Shown here: in pieces, positions 15,818 to 16,252 of the stretch
How the letters are laid out: each line of letters starts with the position of its first letter
Numbering within the stretch: the first letter of the stretch is position 1
Source of the DNA: Candidatus Krumholzibacteriota bacterium
Lineage (GTDB): Bacteria > Krumholzibacteriota > Krumholzibacteriia > LZORAL124-64-63
Assembly: GCA_039714075.1 (NCBI GenBank)
Contig: JBDLKA010000083.1
Span: 1-16,252, forward strand
DNA length: 16,252 nt
Direction: 5' to 3'
Notes under the pieces: model-generated
The model's database searches: none
What the model was told of the DNA's origin: nothing
What the model saw: the letters and a program-made list of their open reading frames with translations, nothing else
Translations under genes and position numbers: made by a program

Positions 15818-16252
15818 AACCCGGCCGCTTGGACCCGTGCCCGCCTCCCCGTTCATGCCACAGCCGGTGGCAGGACCCGCAGAGGGTCACCAGGTTTTCC
15901 GCTTGGTTGGTTCCCCCATGCTGCCGCGGGTTGATGTGGTGCACTTCAAGGAACCTTGTGCGTCCGCAACCCGGGGCCCGGCAACGGTGTTTGTCCCTGG
16001 CCAGCACCTCCCGGCGCACTCTTGGGGGAATTGTCGTCGTGTTGCGGCCTTTGTGTTTGCACACCGCTGCGTCGCAGCGGATTCGTTCTGATTCGGCCCT
16101 GTTCAACTCGCGCTCCCCAGCGTCGGTTTGAACCGTCATCCGACCGGTTTCTTCATTTTCGTGAACGTGGATCTGCACCGGCGGACGACCGGAAAAGTGT
16201 CCCCGGGGACACTTTTGGCCCTGTAACTCCTTTGTTTCCAACAGAGCCGCCA
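15795..16252 (-). CDS. HNH endonuclease, DUF222/13E12-type C-terminal part (5' truncated by window edge)
   Basis: RIRCDA...TIPPRVRREVLARDKHRCRAPGC...EVHHI...GGTNQAENLVTLCGSCHRLWH. The frame is open to the window edge. Confidence 0.88.
   Translation of the reverse strand, partial: AALLETKELQGQKCPRGHFSGRPPVQIHVHENEETGRMTVQTDAGERELNRAESERIRCDAAVCKHKGRNTTTIPPRVRREVLARDKHRCRAPGCGRTRFLEVHHINPRQHGGTNQAENLVTLCGSCHRLWHERGGGHGSKRPGFEFSNVK

Noticed and set aside
1..16252. CRISPR array, rRNA/tRNA genes, transposase or integrase
   Set aside because: No regularly spaced repeats, RNA gene signatures or recombinase motifs were seen.

Overview
GC-rich bacterial chromosomal window using standard code 11. The NPFNPST/FlgD-like C-terminal domain and the Hanks kinase-TPR gene suggest an FCB-group lineage such as Latescibacterota or Krumholzibacteriota (inference). 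It holds 13 supportable CDSs: M48 lipoprotein peptidase, FadL/OmpP1-like barrel, DUF4136 lipoprotein, HDOD protein, GspG-like protein, DEDDh exonuclease, ilvE, an outer-membrane barrel, a DUF2330 protein, an FN3/Ig-DUF3179 lipoprotein, a Ser/Thr kinase-TPR with a small downstream hypothetical gene, and a secreted EEP-domain protein. A fourteenth CDS, an HNH endonuclease, is truncated by the right edge. Two signals are invisible to the ORF track. (1) ORFs 9279..10334 and 10353..10616 are one in-frame gene interrupted by TGA at the first Cys position of the DUF3179 CxxC motif. An fdhF-like SECIS hairpin follows, so this is very probably a lipid-anchored selenoprotein (C-Y-U-P-L-C). (2) The ~760 bp gap between ilvE and the barrel gene contains a complete candidate sigma54-dependent small RNA unit on the minus strand: a GG-N10-GC promoter, repeated GTGTCCC enhancer-like boxes, three stem-loops with strand-consistent G-U pairs, an intrinsic terminator, and an unpaired 5' anti-Shine-Dalgarno seed that could pair with the RBS and start codon of the DUF4136 gene in this window. 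All family calls come from motif recognition, not database searches.
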